From: Octopus bimaculoides
Taxonomy: Eukaryota
Length of the DNA: 64,000 bases
NCBI RefSeq assembly: GCF_001194135.2
Contig: NC_068985.1
Coordinates: 22,412,745-22,476,744, forward strand
Direction of reading: 5' to 3'
The notes beneath the pieces were generated by a model. It had not been told where the DNA came from. It did not search any database and worked only from the letters and a program-made list of their open reading frames with translations. Within the stretch, counting starts at the first letter, position 1, and each line of letters opens with the position of its first letter. Both the position numbers and the translations under genes were made by a program. Shown here one piece after another: positions 1-13,500 of the stretch.

Positions 1-199
1 GCTTTCTAACTGAGGTCATTCTTATCAGTGGTAGGGATGTTAAATTAGAACCCTTTTCACTTAGTCCCTTGCCCCCAACATTAAATTAGACAAGTTTAAA
101 TAGAAGTGTTTTAAATTTGTTAAACTCATTCCTTCATTAGACACTATTTTAGAAAGGCTTTTGGTGCTGTCATGTCTTAATGAATATACAGAACCATGT

Positions 200-1370
200 A
201 GCATTGAAACAAATGAGGGAGCAAGTATCTTTAGTCATAGCATCGAGTTGACCAAAACCTCGAGACTGTAATTGGGTAGATGGAAAAAGTGTTGTTTGGT
301 GCTAGACTTAATCCATCACTCAGTTTAAATTTAACACCTGGCCTTTGACTAGAGTTTGTTGCAAGAATTCAGGCCAGATCTCTCTAATCTGAGGATAACT
401 TCCACCCAGCAATTTTAGAAACTCTGAAAGGAATTTTAAAGTTTTTTTTAGCAACCACCAGATTACAAACCATGGAACTCTAGAGACCTTCTGCAAAGTC
501 AAAGAACGATAGAGTGGTCTGCTTTAAGAACTTCACCTGGAGTTGTCGCACTAAGAAGAGAACATTGGTAGTATTCTCTCCTGGCAATATTGCATCTCAA
601 CTGATTCTCTTTCTAATTAGATGTGCTAATAACTTTTACTTTTGTAACTTGGTCCATTAATTTGATGCCTCTGTAGTTACTTCTTTCAAGAGCATCTCCT
701 TTGCTTTTGTAGCAGCTGATGATGATACTGATAGATAACATCTCTCTGAATTACTTGATATACTAGGTAGTATCCTATTTCAGCAGCTATTTTTAGGATC
801 ACAGCAGCTATCCCTGACAGCATATTCTTAATGATACTTTCAACTTTATAAACTAGGTTTAATTGAAGTAGCTCATCTCTTGTGCATTTTACTTATTCGG
901 AAATTTCTCATAGTATTACCGCTTCTTTCTCTTCATGGCATCAGTGTGAGCAATGTGCATCACTTTCATACTGTATACACTTATCACCAACAACATTTTG
1001 CTTTGCAATCTGGAGCACCTTATGCCTATGCAGAACACTGACAAACTTCTTATTTTCAGCTTCTCTCTTTGGATAGGTCTGAAAGCATCTTGCCACTTGT
1101 CATGGTCCATTATCACCAGGCAAATGATAACTGAGGAAAATTGCCAATCTTTGTTGTTGTGTCAGAATTTTGACATGGTTTCCATAACCAGGTTCCGTTC
1201 CCAGCACCAACTACTCTACAGCATGAACTGTGAGTAATTTATCATACCACCCATATCAGTGGTTGTCTGTTACTGGACTAAAGAGACTCCTCTATCCTGT
1301 ATCAGCTTTTTTTTTTTAAATTCAGAGTTACTACTTTTCTTCATGGGTTGGTTGCACACTTCTTGTAGAA
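200..1370 (-). mobile_element. Highly decayed RTE-type LINE fragment
   Basis: Broken translations resemble RTE ORF segments (TTNVLFLVRQLQ.KFL compared with TTDAIFLVRQLQEKYL), with many stops. Confidence 0.55.
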
Positions 1371-1451
1371 TCAACATCTCTTCAATAAAATACTGAAACT
1401 GAGGTAAAATGATATAGTAAAAACGAAAGGTTTAAGTAAATATATACATAC

Positions 1452-1522
1452 CAAAGATTTTTGTTGATGGGAATAACTCCCCCATCTCGTGAAGCTTCTG
1501 TTAAGGCCAATGCAATAGCACC
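1452..1522 (-). CDS. HGSNAT: HGSNAT exon 15 ([23 protein letters not shown])
   Basis: ttttatag acceptor, GTATGT donor, 71 nt; IPINKNLW motif. Confidence 0.95.
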
Positions 1523-4500
1523 CTATAAAATAGAAAGATTTGTATGTCAGATAAAACACACAGTTTCTATTTTTCTTTTGTTTGTTACTTGTTTATAGAT
1601 GTTTATCAGAAACAATAAATGAATTTTAAGTTTGCATCGAGCACTGAAACTTCGTAACAATACACATACACACACAAGTATAGAAATATAACAAAAGGGT
1701 GGAGGATATCAAACTTTAATAGTAGTCGATCACAACATTTGTTTCTGCACTACACACCAGCTTTAAATTGCAGAGTTTATAATCTATTCATAAACCATTA
1801 TAAAAGATCATTCTTTAAAGTTATTCACATGTGTATCTGGCCCTGGTATATATCCTACTGATAACATGTGGTAGCCAAATACCAAAACAAGATATGTATG
1901 TGTGTGTGTGTGTGTGTATATTTATATATATATATATTTATATTATTCTTAAACAAAAATGTTGCTGACAGTGACTTCAAAGTTTTGGCCAGCTAAGCCA
2001 TTGTTGAACTGCTGACAATGGCTTAGCTAGCTGAAACTGAGTCACTGTCAACAACATCCCTGTTTAAAAATAATAAATTTGTACTCTACAAATATATAGT
2101 GTAACCCATCAAATTAATATGAAAAAAAAAACAGAAAAAAAAAGGAAAGAAAAACATCCTGAAATACAACAATATCTGTTTCAACACAGTTTCACATCAG
2201 GAATATTGCAACACAAATTGATAAATGTAATAATGTAAAATTGTCTTAATTATAATTGAACATAAAAACAAACATGAATATATATATATATATATATATA
2301 TGTAGAATATGAAGTCATGAAGTATGAGATGAATATATTTATTTCACCAGTTTATATCTATATGTATGGAATACAATAATTAATAAAAAGGTTTTCTATA
2401 GAAGGGAAGAAAGGAGATTTAGTAAGATATATACATTAATATTTCGAAGATGACTTTTTGTATGTATATATTGGAGTTGAAGAATTGATGTAACCACAAT
2501 ATTCTATGGATCTGAAGAGCTAGCTTTCTATACCTGTATTAGCTTGTAAAATGTACAATCGTACTATGTAACTTATAACATACACTAATGTAGTGCAGGC
2601 ATTAAAAAATTACTTTTCCATGATATTGACTGCGAAATGATTGTAATCTTATGGATATCAAACTAGTGAAATAAATACATTCATCTCATACCTCTCGACT
2701 TTATTCTCCTTGTGAAATAATCATTACTGGTTGGATTTACTGGATTTCAATATTACACCCTTATGTTTTGGTTTACTATTTGGTTCATAGCCTGGTCCGC
2801 AAAAGGAGCTTTTTTATGAGTACCACCAGATTAAATAAATCATATTTAATTAGCAATAATGAAATAATCAAGCAAAGCTCAAATAATGCATGAATCGGAT
2901 TTGCAAAAGGATTCCAGAAAAAAAATTATATTTATTATATTTGTAATCAATTAGCAACTTCATCATTCCCCTTTTTCTTACAAAAACTAATTGATAAAAG
3001 GTTTCAAGCTCTCTTTAATGTACTCCTATTTTACCACAAACACTTGTCATATCCTTTGTTTACAATGAATTTCTTCGGACTATAATTATTATCTGTTCAT
3101 GTTTATGATACAGATGTTACAAGTATATATGGTATGTCCCATGCTCCTCTCGCCATCATCTATTCTTAGCACTGAGTCTATCATCTATCAGTAACTGTCG
3201 GTTGCAATGAGGAACTGTGAACCAATTTATAGACTGAGGAGAGGATTTACAATCGATTGCTCCTGGGGGTCAATAAGCCCATCAACAAAGATGAACATGG
3301 CAATGTTGTCTCCTCTGCCATCTGCATCATTTCATTTAATATCCGGTTTCTGCATTTAAACTGTCATTCCGTGTGTATTATCATTGTATGAACCAAGCAC
3401 AAAGAAGACAAATATATACTATCATCATCATCATTAGTTCAACATCCACTTTTCCATGTTTACCAGGGTCAAACAGAATTTTGTCAAGGAAGATTTTCTG
3501 TGGCTGGATGCTTTTCTTGCCACCAACCCTCACCTGTTTTCATGCAAGGTTAATATTTCTTTATGACAAGACACAAGACTGGAAACAAAGGACAGTTTAT
3601 ATAATGATGACATTCACTCACAACTACCACACCATGTCAACTACAACAACATTCAGATCATAACGATTTACTTGCATGGAGATGAAAAATACTTTGAAAT
3701 GGTTATGTCAACTTCTGTGTGTGCTTACACTGAAGAAAAAAAGTGATTCATCACCTGTTAGGTCTAAATTGGAAAGAATTATCTTGAGCAATCCAAAACA
3801 TGACAAAATATATAATATTGCATGTATATGGTGAGAGGCAGCCTTATAAAAGCAATAAACATAAATTAAACTTTTATGATAGTAAATACATTATCAGCAT
3901 TATTTTAACAGCCACTTAATCCTTGATGCTCTAGATAAGGGCTTGGACTTTACACAACAAGAAACTAATTATTTGAATGGAATAAATAAAACAGTAGAAT
4001 CAATAAAGTAATTGTAACTCACTATAACAACACCCCAGATAAAAAATCGTTTCACTCTTTCTGAATGCATCCGAAACATAAGAAATATTTTTCCTGCCTG
4101 AAAGGAAAAAAAAAATCCTATAAATTATAAAAATCAAATCATGAAACTGTCTCAAATTCCTTTCTTGTTTGCTTCAACATTATGAAAGAAACAATAATAA
4201 AACATATCTAGAAAACATTATGGTATCCCATTCCCTTCTAAACATGAGCAGCACTGAACTGGAACCCTCAAGATCATGACAAATGTCTGCCCTCCCCAAC
4301 ACTGTGGATCTCTCTTGATAAACACACATCTTCAACATAGCTGAAACTGCATCACAATGACTAGTCTTTCTTTTAAAGCCAGAAAATACTTCAGCCTCCA
4401 ACAACTACTAACTCTCTATAAAGCTCGGGTGACACCACAATGGTGTACTGCTCATACATTTAACATGTTGTATCTGGTGTAGCCACAGAATCCAAAACTG

Positions 4501-7500
4501 CATCCAAAGAAAGGCCACTTGACTGATTGGCATAAAGCCACTCACCAACTAACATTAATTTCTAGCCCACAGGAATGCAATCTCTTCTCTCTGACTCTTT
4601 ACAAAAGAGCCTAGAATACAACAGAGGACTATGTAGTATCATCAGAATATTTGTGTCATTTCCATTCAGTTACATGTATTTCTTCTTGTTATCCATATTG
4701 ACCTCATCTCCATTTATTTAGGTGACATGGATGGTCAAGTATAAAGTAGACTTTCTGTCATAGGCATTTGTCAGAGAACTAACAGTGATTTGACTTACTA
4801 CTATAAATGAAAAATTCATGAAGCAGCAGCTACAGGATCATAAAGAAGTGGATATAATACTGATTGAACTCTTAGTTATATTTCTAATGAGATAAACAAC
4901 TTGTGTTTTTGAATCAGTTTTGAAAATAACCAAGAATTTGGTGGTGTTTAGTAAAATAACATATCAGGCTACTGTTTGAAACATAACATATTCCAGACAC
5001 TAAAAAAAAATCCTGTTTCATTTCATAGAACTAAAAGTGGCCCCAGGTTATTATTAAAAGAGTTAAAAATTTATCTCATTTGGTAGTGAAGGAAGGTTAG
5101 ATATGTCAAGAGAGTCAACAAGATGTTTAGAGACAAGAGGTAATAGAGATTGATTGATGTAGATATTACTACAGATATCATTTTCCTAACAGTGCATTAC
5201 AATAAATAAATAAAATATCTTTTAATCATAAACTGATACAAACCTGTAATCCAAGGAAACAAATAACACATGTTGTAAGGGTGCCAAGAAGTCCTTCTGG
5301 ATCAAATGGTTCATGAGTATGATACATCTCCTATTAAGAATAAACTAGAGCTGAGTATGCTTAATTGTGTTTTGTGGACATAACTGGAATTCAATTGTCC
5401 AAATTGGAATAATTTAGACAGTAAAAAATATGAAGAAAGAATATCAAAGCTAAAATCTTAAGATTATTTTAAAATTATTTAAATATTTTTTATTGAAGTC
5501 TGTCAAAAGAGATGGTCAAAATCTTTTGAACAAATAAAAAAAAAATTGTTTAATGAAATTTATATTTCTAATGTCTTTAGTAAGACAGGTAAGTAAGCTA
5601 CTGTAGAAAAACAATAATATTTTATACAATATCATCATCATCATCGTTGTGTTTGTTTAACGTCTGCTTTACAATAGTAAATCTAATTTAAATATAAAAA
5701 AATATGATGAGTGTCTAGGTGCATGCATAGCTGTATAGTTTTGAAGTTTGCTTCCCAAACACATGGTTTCAGGTTCAGTCCTACTGTGTGGCACCTTGAG
5801 CAACTGTCTTCTACTATGTCTCATGCCTACCAAAGCCTTGGGAATGGATTTGGTAAATGGAAACCGAAAGAAGCCTGTTTGTGTGTGTGTCACCTTGTTT
5901 TGATATTGTGATTGTTGTAAATGAATATCATTTCATTTCTACTATTTTGGGAAAACATGCTTGGCTACCGGGAAACTTGCTTTACTAGGAACTAGGTAAG
6001 GCCTCCTGGCAATAGGATAGAAATCTGACGATAGAAAATCTGCTTCAATAAACTTTCTCAAACCCATGCAAGCATGGAAAAGTGAACATTAAACAATGAT
6101 GATCAATATCAAAGTAATGCATTAATGTGGTAAAATCTATGTATTAGAAAGCTGAGAGTCAATACTAAAGGAGAAAAAACTAGTACAAACAAAAGCTCTT
6201 AAATGAACTTATTAGATTATTAGTTCACAAAACAAGAATTTAGAATTTACAAACAATGAGGGGAAAAATGAGAAGAAATTGACCAATCTGAATTCAAGTG
6301 AAAGATTTAAAAATTGAAAGAGACCCAGGTATTTTTAGAGAAAAATTTAGTGGAATATGATGTCCAGTATCCAATGGAGAAAGTAATCAAATAAGTTAAA
6401 ACCATATATATGTAATGTAGTAAATTGAAAAGAGTCCTCACAAAAATGTTTTATTGGAATTATCTCCTTTGTTGGACTGGTTTTTTTTCTTAGGATTTTA
6501 AAAACATACAATCGTTTGGATAATTTAAGCTGACAGAAGTTTTCAACTCATTAAATTACATATGTGACACCCTACTGTACTAGTATTTTCTTCAGCCATA
6601 TCATCATCAGCAACATTTTAATGTCTACTTTCCCATGATTGCATGGGTCAGATGGATTCATTGAAGCAGATTTTCTACAGCCAGATGCCCTTCCTGTTGT
6701 CAATCCTCATCTACTGTCAAGTAAGGTAATATAAACCCACGACCAGATATGTTCTCACAGAATGTTAGAAATGGATGACACTACTTGTATGGCAACATTT
6801 ACAACTATACATTCATAGAGCTAGAAAGATTGAGAGACACAAATCAATCTGGAAAAGGAAGATATAGAAGATTAAATATCCTTCAATCAGTCAGAGTGTT
6901 AGAGAATCTGTAACTGGTGGAAAATTCCAGCCAGACCAAGGGCAGCATGGTGATGGAACAGGGAAGTAGTCAGAACCATAAAAGTGAAGAGTCAGGCTGG
7001 AAGATTTGTAAGAATGGGAACAACAGAGAACTTTACCAGGTAGCTAGAAGAGAAGCTTGGAGATAGCTCTATTTAAGAAGGGGAGAAGCAGGACCCTCCC
7101 ACCCAATAAAACAACAGGTTTTTCAATGTTCTATGGCAAGAGATCTGAAGGCATGAGGTGTTCAAGATTGCAAAGCAGTATATCAGAGAAAACTGAGACA
7201 TAGCAGGAGAGAAGTGTGTGTAGTAGGATATGGGTACACTTGCACTTTGTGATTCTGTAAAGAGGCATGGAAGTGAGTCTTATCAACATCATCATCGTTA
7301 TCTAATGTCTGTTTGCAGCGCTGGCACAAGCTGAACAATTTCAGTAGAGCAAACAAATCAGAGGGCTACATCAAGCTTTAATGTCTGTTTTGGCATGGTT
7401 TCCATGGTTGGATGTGCTAATACCAACCATTTCACAGTGTCCTGGATCCTTTTTCTGGTACTAACACTGGTGAGGTCATCTAATAACTTTAAGGCAAAAC

Positions 7501-10500
7501 TCCCTCCCCAACTAAGGTTGGGTGTGTAGTATTGAGGGAGGTGGCTTTGTGCCAGGTAGTGAGAAGTGTGACAGAGGGATAGAAACAGGTGTTATGCTGT
7601 AGAGGACATACATGGTTATCCCAGTTGGAAAAGGAGAGAAAATGGTAGTGGTATCATGGCATACCCTCAAGTTACAGGAAGGTGAACGTGGTCTGGAGGA
7701 TTGGATAGGGTGGATGGGTAGGTGAATAGCAGATGAATAGAGATGGAAATAGAAATGAATTAGTGAATGGTAAACATAGGGGGTGAAGTGGAGAGGTGGT
7801 CACTGGTGAATATCAGTCCAATCTAAATGTATGACTAGATGTAAAATATTAGGAATTGTGTATGTTGATAATAGTAGAGAAATACAGAAATACCATAAAT
7901 GTTCCTCTTTGATACATGTGTGAACTTCCAAACACTGTTCTATCAATATAGCCAGCTGCACCACCTGTACAATTCTTGTATTTACCATCATCACTTATTC
8001 CACCAGGACCTAGGTAACCACTGCATAAAATTTTTTAAAAAATAGTAAAGAACATGTATTCAACAAAGGATGAACAAATATAAATCACCCTGTAAGATAT
8101 AGATTCATTTAAAACACTGATGCAAGAATCAACTTGATTAATATCTGAAGTAACAGTCTGATTACTTTTTCTGCCAATATTTCTGCCAAAAAATTTTGAA
8201 AATATTCTTGAAAAGATGGCGTAACTAATTAATATGTATAATTGTTATTTCACTTCAATTTCTATTTGATGCTTTAATCCTTGATATAGAATTAAATAAT
8301 ATGGAGAAATGTATAAAAAAAAAAAATCACAAAATACTTTCATAGTGCTAGTAACAACACCAACTCATGTGAAGACCAAACAATTAAGTTACTTTAATTC
8401 CCAGTTATTAATCAATATCTATGAAGAGTCTTCATATTCAAGCCAGATTTGTAAATGAATTTTAACATTTTATATATAACAAAATTATTTCTAAAAATAT
8501 TGTATTAATATTAGTCATCTAATTCAGATACTGAACTACATAAACTACAACAATCTCTTCTTATGAACACAGTTTTATGGAACAAGTCAAAAGAATTTCT
8601 TTAAGTTAAACTTACGTTGGACAGCCCGGTACTGGTAAACAGAATGTCACACAAAGATAGATAATCAGTAGACTTAACGCAACAACCCAGTCAAGCCAAT
8701 AATTAACAAGATCTTGGATTGGACTCCACCAAACAAACTGAAATATTTAAAAAAAAATCATATATCTATATATTAAAGAAAATTGTTTTCATAATGCATT
8801 ATCAGATATTTTAGCTATAAAAGTAAAGACCCCCTTTGGTCATGAATGACCATGGGATTAACCTAGGAAGTTCCCTTGCTGAGGTACAAGTCTGGGCAAG
8901 GTTGTTTATGGAAGACCAGCAGTCACCCATGCATACCAGCCTCCCCTCTCCATACCACCAATGTTATCGAAGGGAAAGGCAAGGGCCGATACAACTTGGC
9001 ACCAGTGATGTCACAACTCATTTTTACAGATGAATGAACTGGAGCAACATGAAATAAAGTGTCTTGCTCAAGAACACAACACATAGCCTGGTCTGGAAAT
9101 CGAACTCACTACCTCATGATTGTGAGCCCGATGCTCTAACCACTAAGCCACGTGCTTTCACATATATTAGTTATAACATAAAACACAAAATTATACAGGC
9201 TGGCCAAAATACACATGTATGGTATTCATCATCATCCTCCTATTATATATTAAATTTTTTTCATGATATATAAATGATATTAATAACCGTATTAAATTTA
9301 TTCCAAATGTCAGAATGCAATGTTTCTTAATGACAAGTAGTTCATTTAATTTCAATGACAAATTCTAAATTTTCTTTTTCTTTCTTAGACTTAAATATAG
9401 ACTAAGAGAACAGTTAACAATAAAGGATATGAAATCTTAGCGACATCTGGGAATGAGCCTTGCTTGATAAGTACAAAGAAAGCTGATATGAAATCAGTAT
9501 GGTGTACTCAGCATAAACACAATAAAGATGAAAATTAGGAAGAAATCAAGACTTTAAATGCGTTCAATATACAAGAACAATTAGCAGTGGTAAAGTCATG
9601 AAATGAAATCCATAAACTACTTAAAAGGCTAACAAGTGGTAGACACCTCACCTTACACACACACACAAATTATTATTTTTAGTTGTTCTGTGGAAGAGCG
9701 GGTAGTGTTTATGACCTTTGCATGTCCTCATTAGATAACTTAATTAGTGCTGGGAGTAGTTGAAATGAGAGTATAATAACAAGTGGGAGAAAAAGAGATT
9801 TAGCTAGCAGTTACCTCTGTTGGAAAATATATAATAAAAAAAAATTGAGTTCATAATTAAATGTTGACTTTGAATATTTACTTCCTAGTCTCTTCTAACT
9901 CCATAAACTCAACTGGCATTTGAAAACAAAATATTTTACCATGAAAAATAGTAACAGTTTCTGTCTACAAAATCCACTCACAAGGCTTTAATCAGTTCTG
10001 ATGTCACCAAATCAGAAACTGAAGTATAAACAAAAATATCTCCACTTTAATTATAGTGATCTACATTTTGATGGCAAATGACAAATTTTAAAATTAAGTC
10101 ATTTAATGTACATTTAAAAACAATTTTTACATGGTGTTTGACAGTGGCTAAATGTAAAAAAAAGTCTTAAAAAATCAAATAAGGTGAGAAACATTACATC
10201 AATTTTATGTACAAATAACAGAAATGAAATAATTATAGCTTATAAACTGTTGATAATTCAAATAATTTACTTGATGGCTGTCTGCTGGTCGGGCAGAAAA
10301 CATATGTGTTACAGATACAATAAAGTAAGTTACAGCAATGCGTTGAAGCACTCCAGGAATACGGATATCTTTCAATTCAATATCTGGAGAAAAGAAAAAC
10401 AAAATTAATAATCAGCATTATAACAATACCTACTGAACAAAAAAACAGGCCCTATAATTAACTTTATATCACAATCATCATCAATAACATTATCAACATC

Positions 10501-13500
10501 ATGATATTGTCATCATTAATATTATGACTATCATTATTGTTAATTATTATATCATCATCATTTGACGTCTATTTTCCATGCTGGTATGGGTTGGACAGTA
10601 TGACAGGAGCTAGCCAGATGGAGAACTGCCCAGGATCCAGTTGTTTATTTTGGTATGGCTTCTATGGTTGGATGCCCTTCCTAATGCCAACCATTTCAGA
10701 GTGTACTGAGTGCTTTTCACATTGCATCAGTATGGGTGCTTTTACGTGGAACAGGTGGTTTTACATGGTACAAGCACAGACACTATTATGTGATGCCAAC
10801 ACGAGTGCTTTGTAATATGGTACTAGCACCATCTATTCCTCAAGACAAGGACCTCTTGGCTGAGAGAAGAATACAGATGCTAGGAGAATAAAGAGTAGAA
10901 AGGGATAAAGTATGAGACAAAAAGACCTTTTGCTGTAGAGAAGCTGTATGATTACTCACATTTTAGAAGGAGAGTAGAGTTGGAAAGTGATATACATGAT
11001 AAGGGTCAGCATGGACCTTTAAGATATAAGGTGAGGAGAAATGAAGATGGAAAGGGTGCCAGGAGTGAGTGGGGGAATCGAGGTCAGGTAGTACAGGGTA
11101 GCAGAAAAATAAGGATGATACAGTAAATAGGGGGCTCTACACAAATAGCTCAAAATATCTTTATCCCAATTTGTCATATCCTTCCCTACTTTATCAATCA
11201 AAGTTTGGTATGACCAGATCAAACTCACTGAAGTTTAATTTTCATTTGTCCCTATTCTCAAAAAGATTTGCTCCATGACACTTCTTCAAAATTCATTACA
11301 GCTTTCAAATAAAACAAGTACAACTCTGTACTTTGCTTCATTTTCCTACCAAAAACATTACATAGTTCTAGATTGAAGCCCTTTCAGAACACACCTAGGC
11401 ACATATATCTGTCATATATGAAGTGAATCCTCTTTTCAGCACCATTTAGAAATTACTTGCCTTCTATCTCAATTGCATATTTATTACAATAAACAAGTAG
11501 TTAAGTACAGTATTTCATAAGAAGAAGGAGGTGCAATGGCCCAGTGGTTAGGGCAGCGGACTCGCGGTCATAGGATCGCGGTTTCGATTCCCAGACCGGG
11601 CGTTGTGAGTGTTTATTGAGCGAAAACACCTAAAGCTCCACGAGGCTCCGGCAGGGGATGGTGGCGAACCCTGCTGTACTCTTCCACCACAACTTTCTCT
11701 CACTCTTACTTCCTGTTTCCGTTGTGCCTGTAATTCAAAGGGTCAGCCTTGTCACACTGTGTCACGCTGAATCTCCCCAAGAACTACGTTTAGGGTACAC
11801 ATGTCTGTGGAGTGCTCAGCCACTTGCACGTTAATTTCACGAGCAGGCTGTTCCGTTGATCGGATCAACAGGAACCCTCGACGTCGTAAGCGACGGAGTG
11901 CCAACAACAACCAAAATTCATAAGAAGATACTTTGCAGGAGCAGTTCTGAAAAATGGTAACTAAATGTTAACAGCCATTGTTAACTAGTTACTTTGTACA
12001 ATAGTTCAAACAACAGCTATAATTAGACTATAACAAATGAGAACAATGTAATCTATACTCTTCAGAACTTGATCTGTCATCATGGAATTTCTATGATGCC
12101 CAAACATTTAAAACTTTAATTTAACCAATGTTAATCAGCTTATTAAAAATGGTACAATACTTTGAATCTACTGAACATGTCTTTACACTGAACAAAACAT
12201 TTTTCAAAAGTAAGATCCTACAACACTGAATAGATAGGAAATGTTAATAACAAACCAGATTAAATGAACTTTTTTAATCAAACACCTAATGAATCTTAAT
12301 CTGGAAATAATATAGAATATAATGTAAAAAAAAAAAATTGTAGATTAAATAAAAAAATTAAGCTGATAACAATTAATTGTATAAAAACAGAAGTATTATT
12401 AAGTAAATAAAACTTACTCGGTTTGTTAATAGTGTTGATTATTATGCCAAAGAAAAACAACACAACTGTTCTCCAAACTATCTTTGCTATAATTGTCTGT
12501 TTTTTAAGCTCTTTCCGCATCATGCTTCGAAAACTATATGCCATAGATGTTCCCATGATGAAGACAAACCTGAAATTAAATAGATTTACAATACAGAATG
12601 GAGTAAAAGAAAGTTTCATTTATTAAACTGCTGATTTTTGAACATTTTTTTTCTTTTCTGTTTTTTTTCCCAATAAACTTCATGTCCTTTTCCATAAAAT
12701 CCAAAGATAACGTTCATGTAAACATCATCATCATCATCGTTTAACATCCGCTTTCCATGCTTGCATGGGTTGGACGATTTGACTGAAGACTGGTGAACCA
12801 GGTGGCTACACCAGGCTCCAATCTGATTTGGCAGTTTCTATAGCTGGATNNNNNNNNNNAGGCTCCAATCTGATTTGGCAGTTTCTATAGCTGGATGCCC
12901 TTCCTAATGCCAACCACTCCGAGAGTGTAGTGGGTGCTTTTACGTGCCACCGGCACGAAGGCCAGTCAGGCGGTACTGGCAACGGCCATGCTCGAAATGG
13001 TGTATTTTATGTGCCTAAAGTATAATTATTGGTATTTTATGGATTGTTAGATTGATGAAAGGTCATGTTGAGTTCCGAAAAATTAGAAATCAGAAACCTG
13101 AGACATTATAGTAGGTACCATAAAATATCCTGTCAGACCATGTAGTGTGCATATATGAATTTATTTGTGTGTATCCACTTTCTTATTGTAATTTAAATCA
13201 GTTTTCAATGGGCAATGTTGCTTCTACAGAGGGATTGGAGGATCAGATCATGCTCATATCTTTCGCTTTTGGCTTGGATTTTACAGCTGGATGCCTTTCC
13301 TATCACCAATCACTTTACAGAGCATACTACACTAATATTTTCAAATTCACAAAAGAATACAGAAGTTATCTTACCAAGGAAAAACTAGATCTGCAGTATT
13401 TATTCCATTCCAAGGCGAATGCTTGAAGAACCAATATTTACCGCCTCCACAATTGACAAATATCATGTTTACAATGCTAATTCTGGAGGAATATACAAAT

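Noticed and set aside
11526-11600. tRNA gene
   Set aside because: It is a SINE head: continues into a 390-bp body with tail and TSD, and has no proper acceptor stem.
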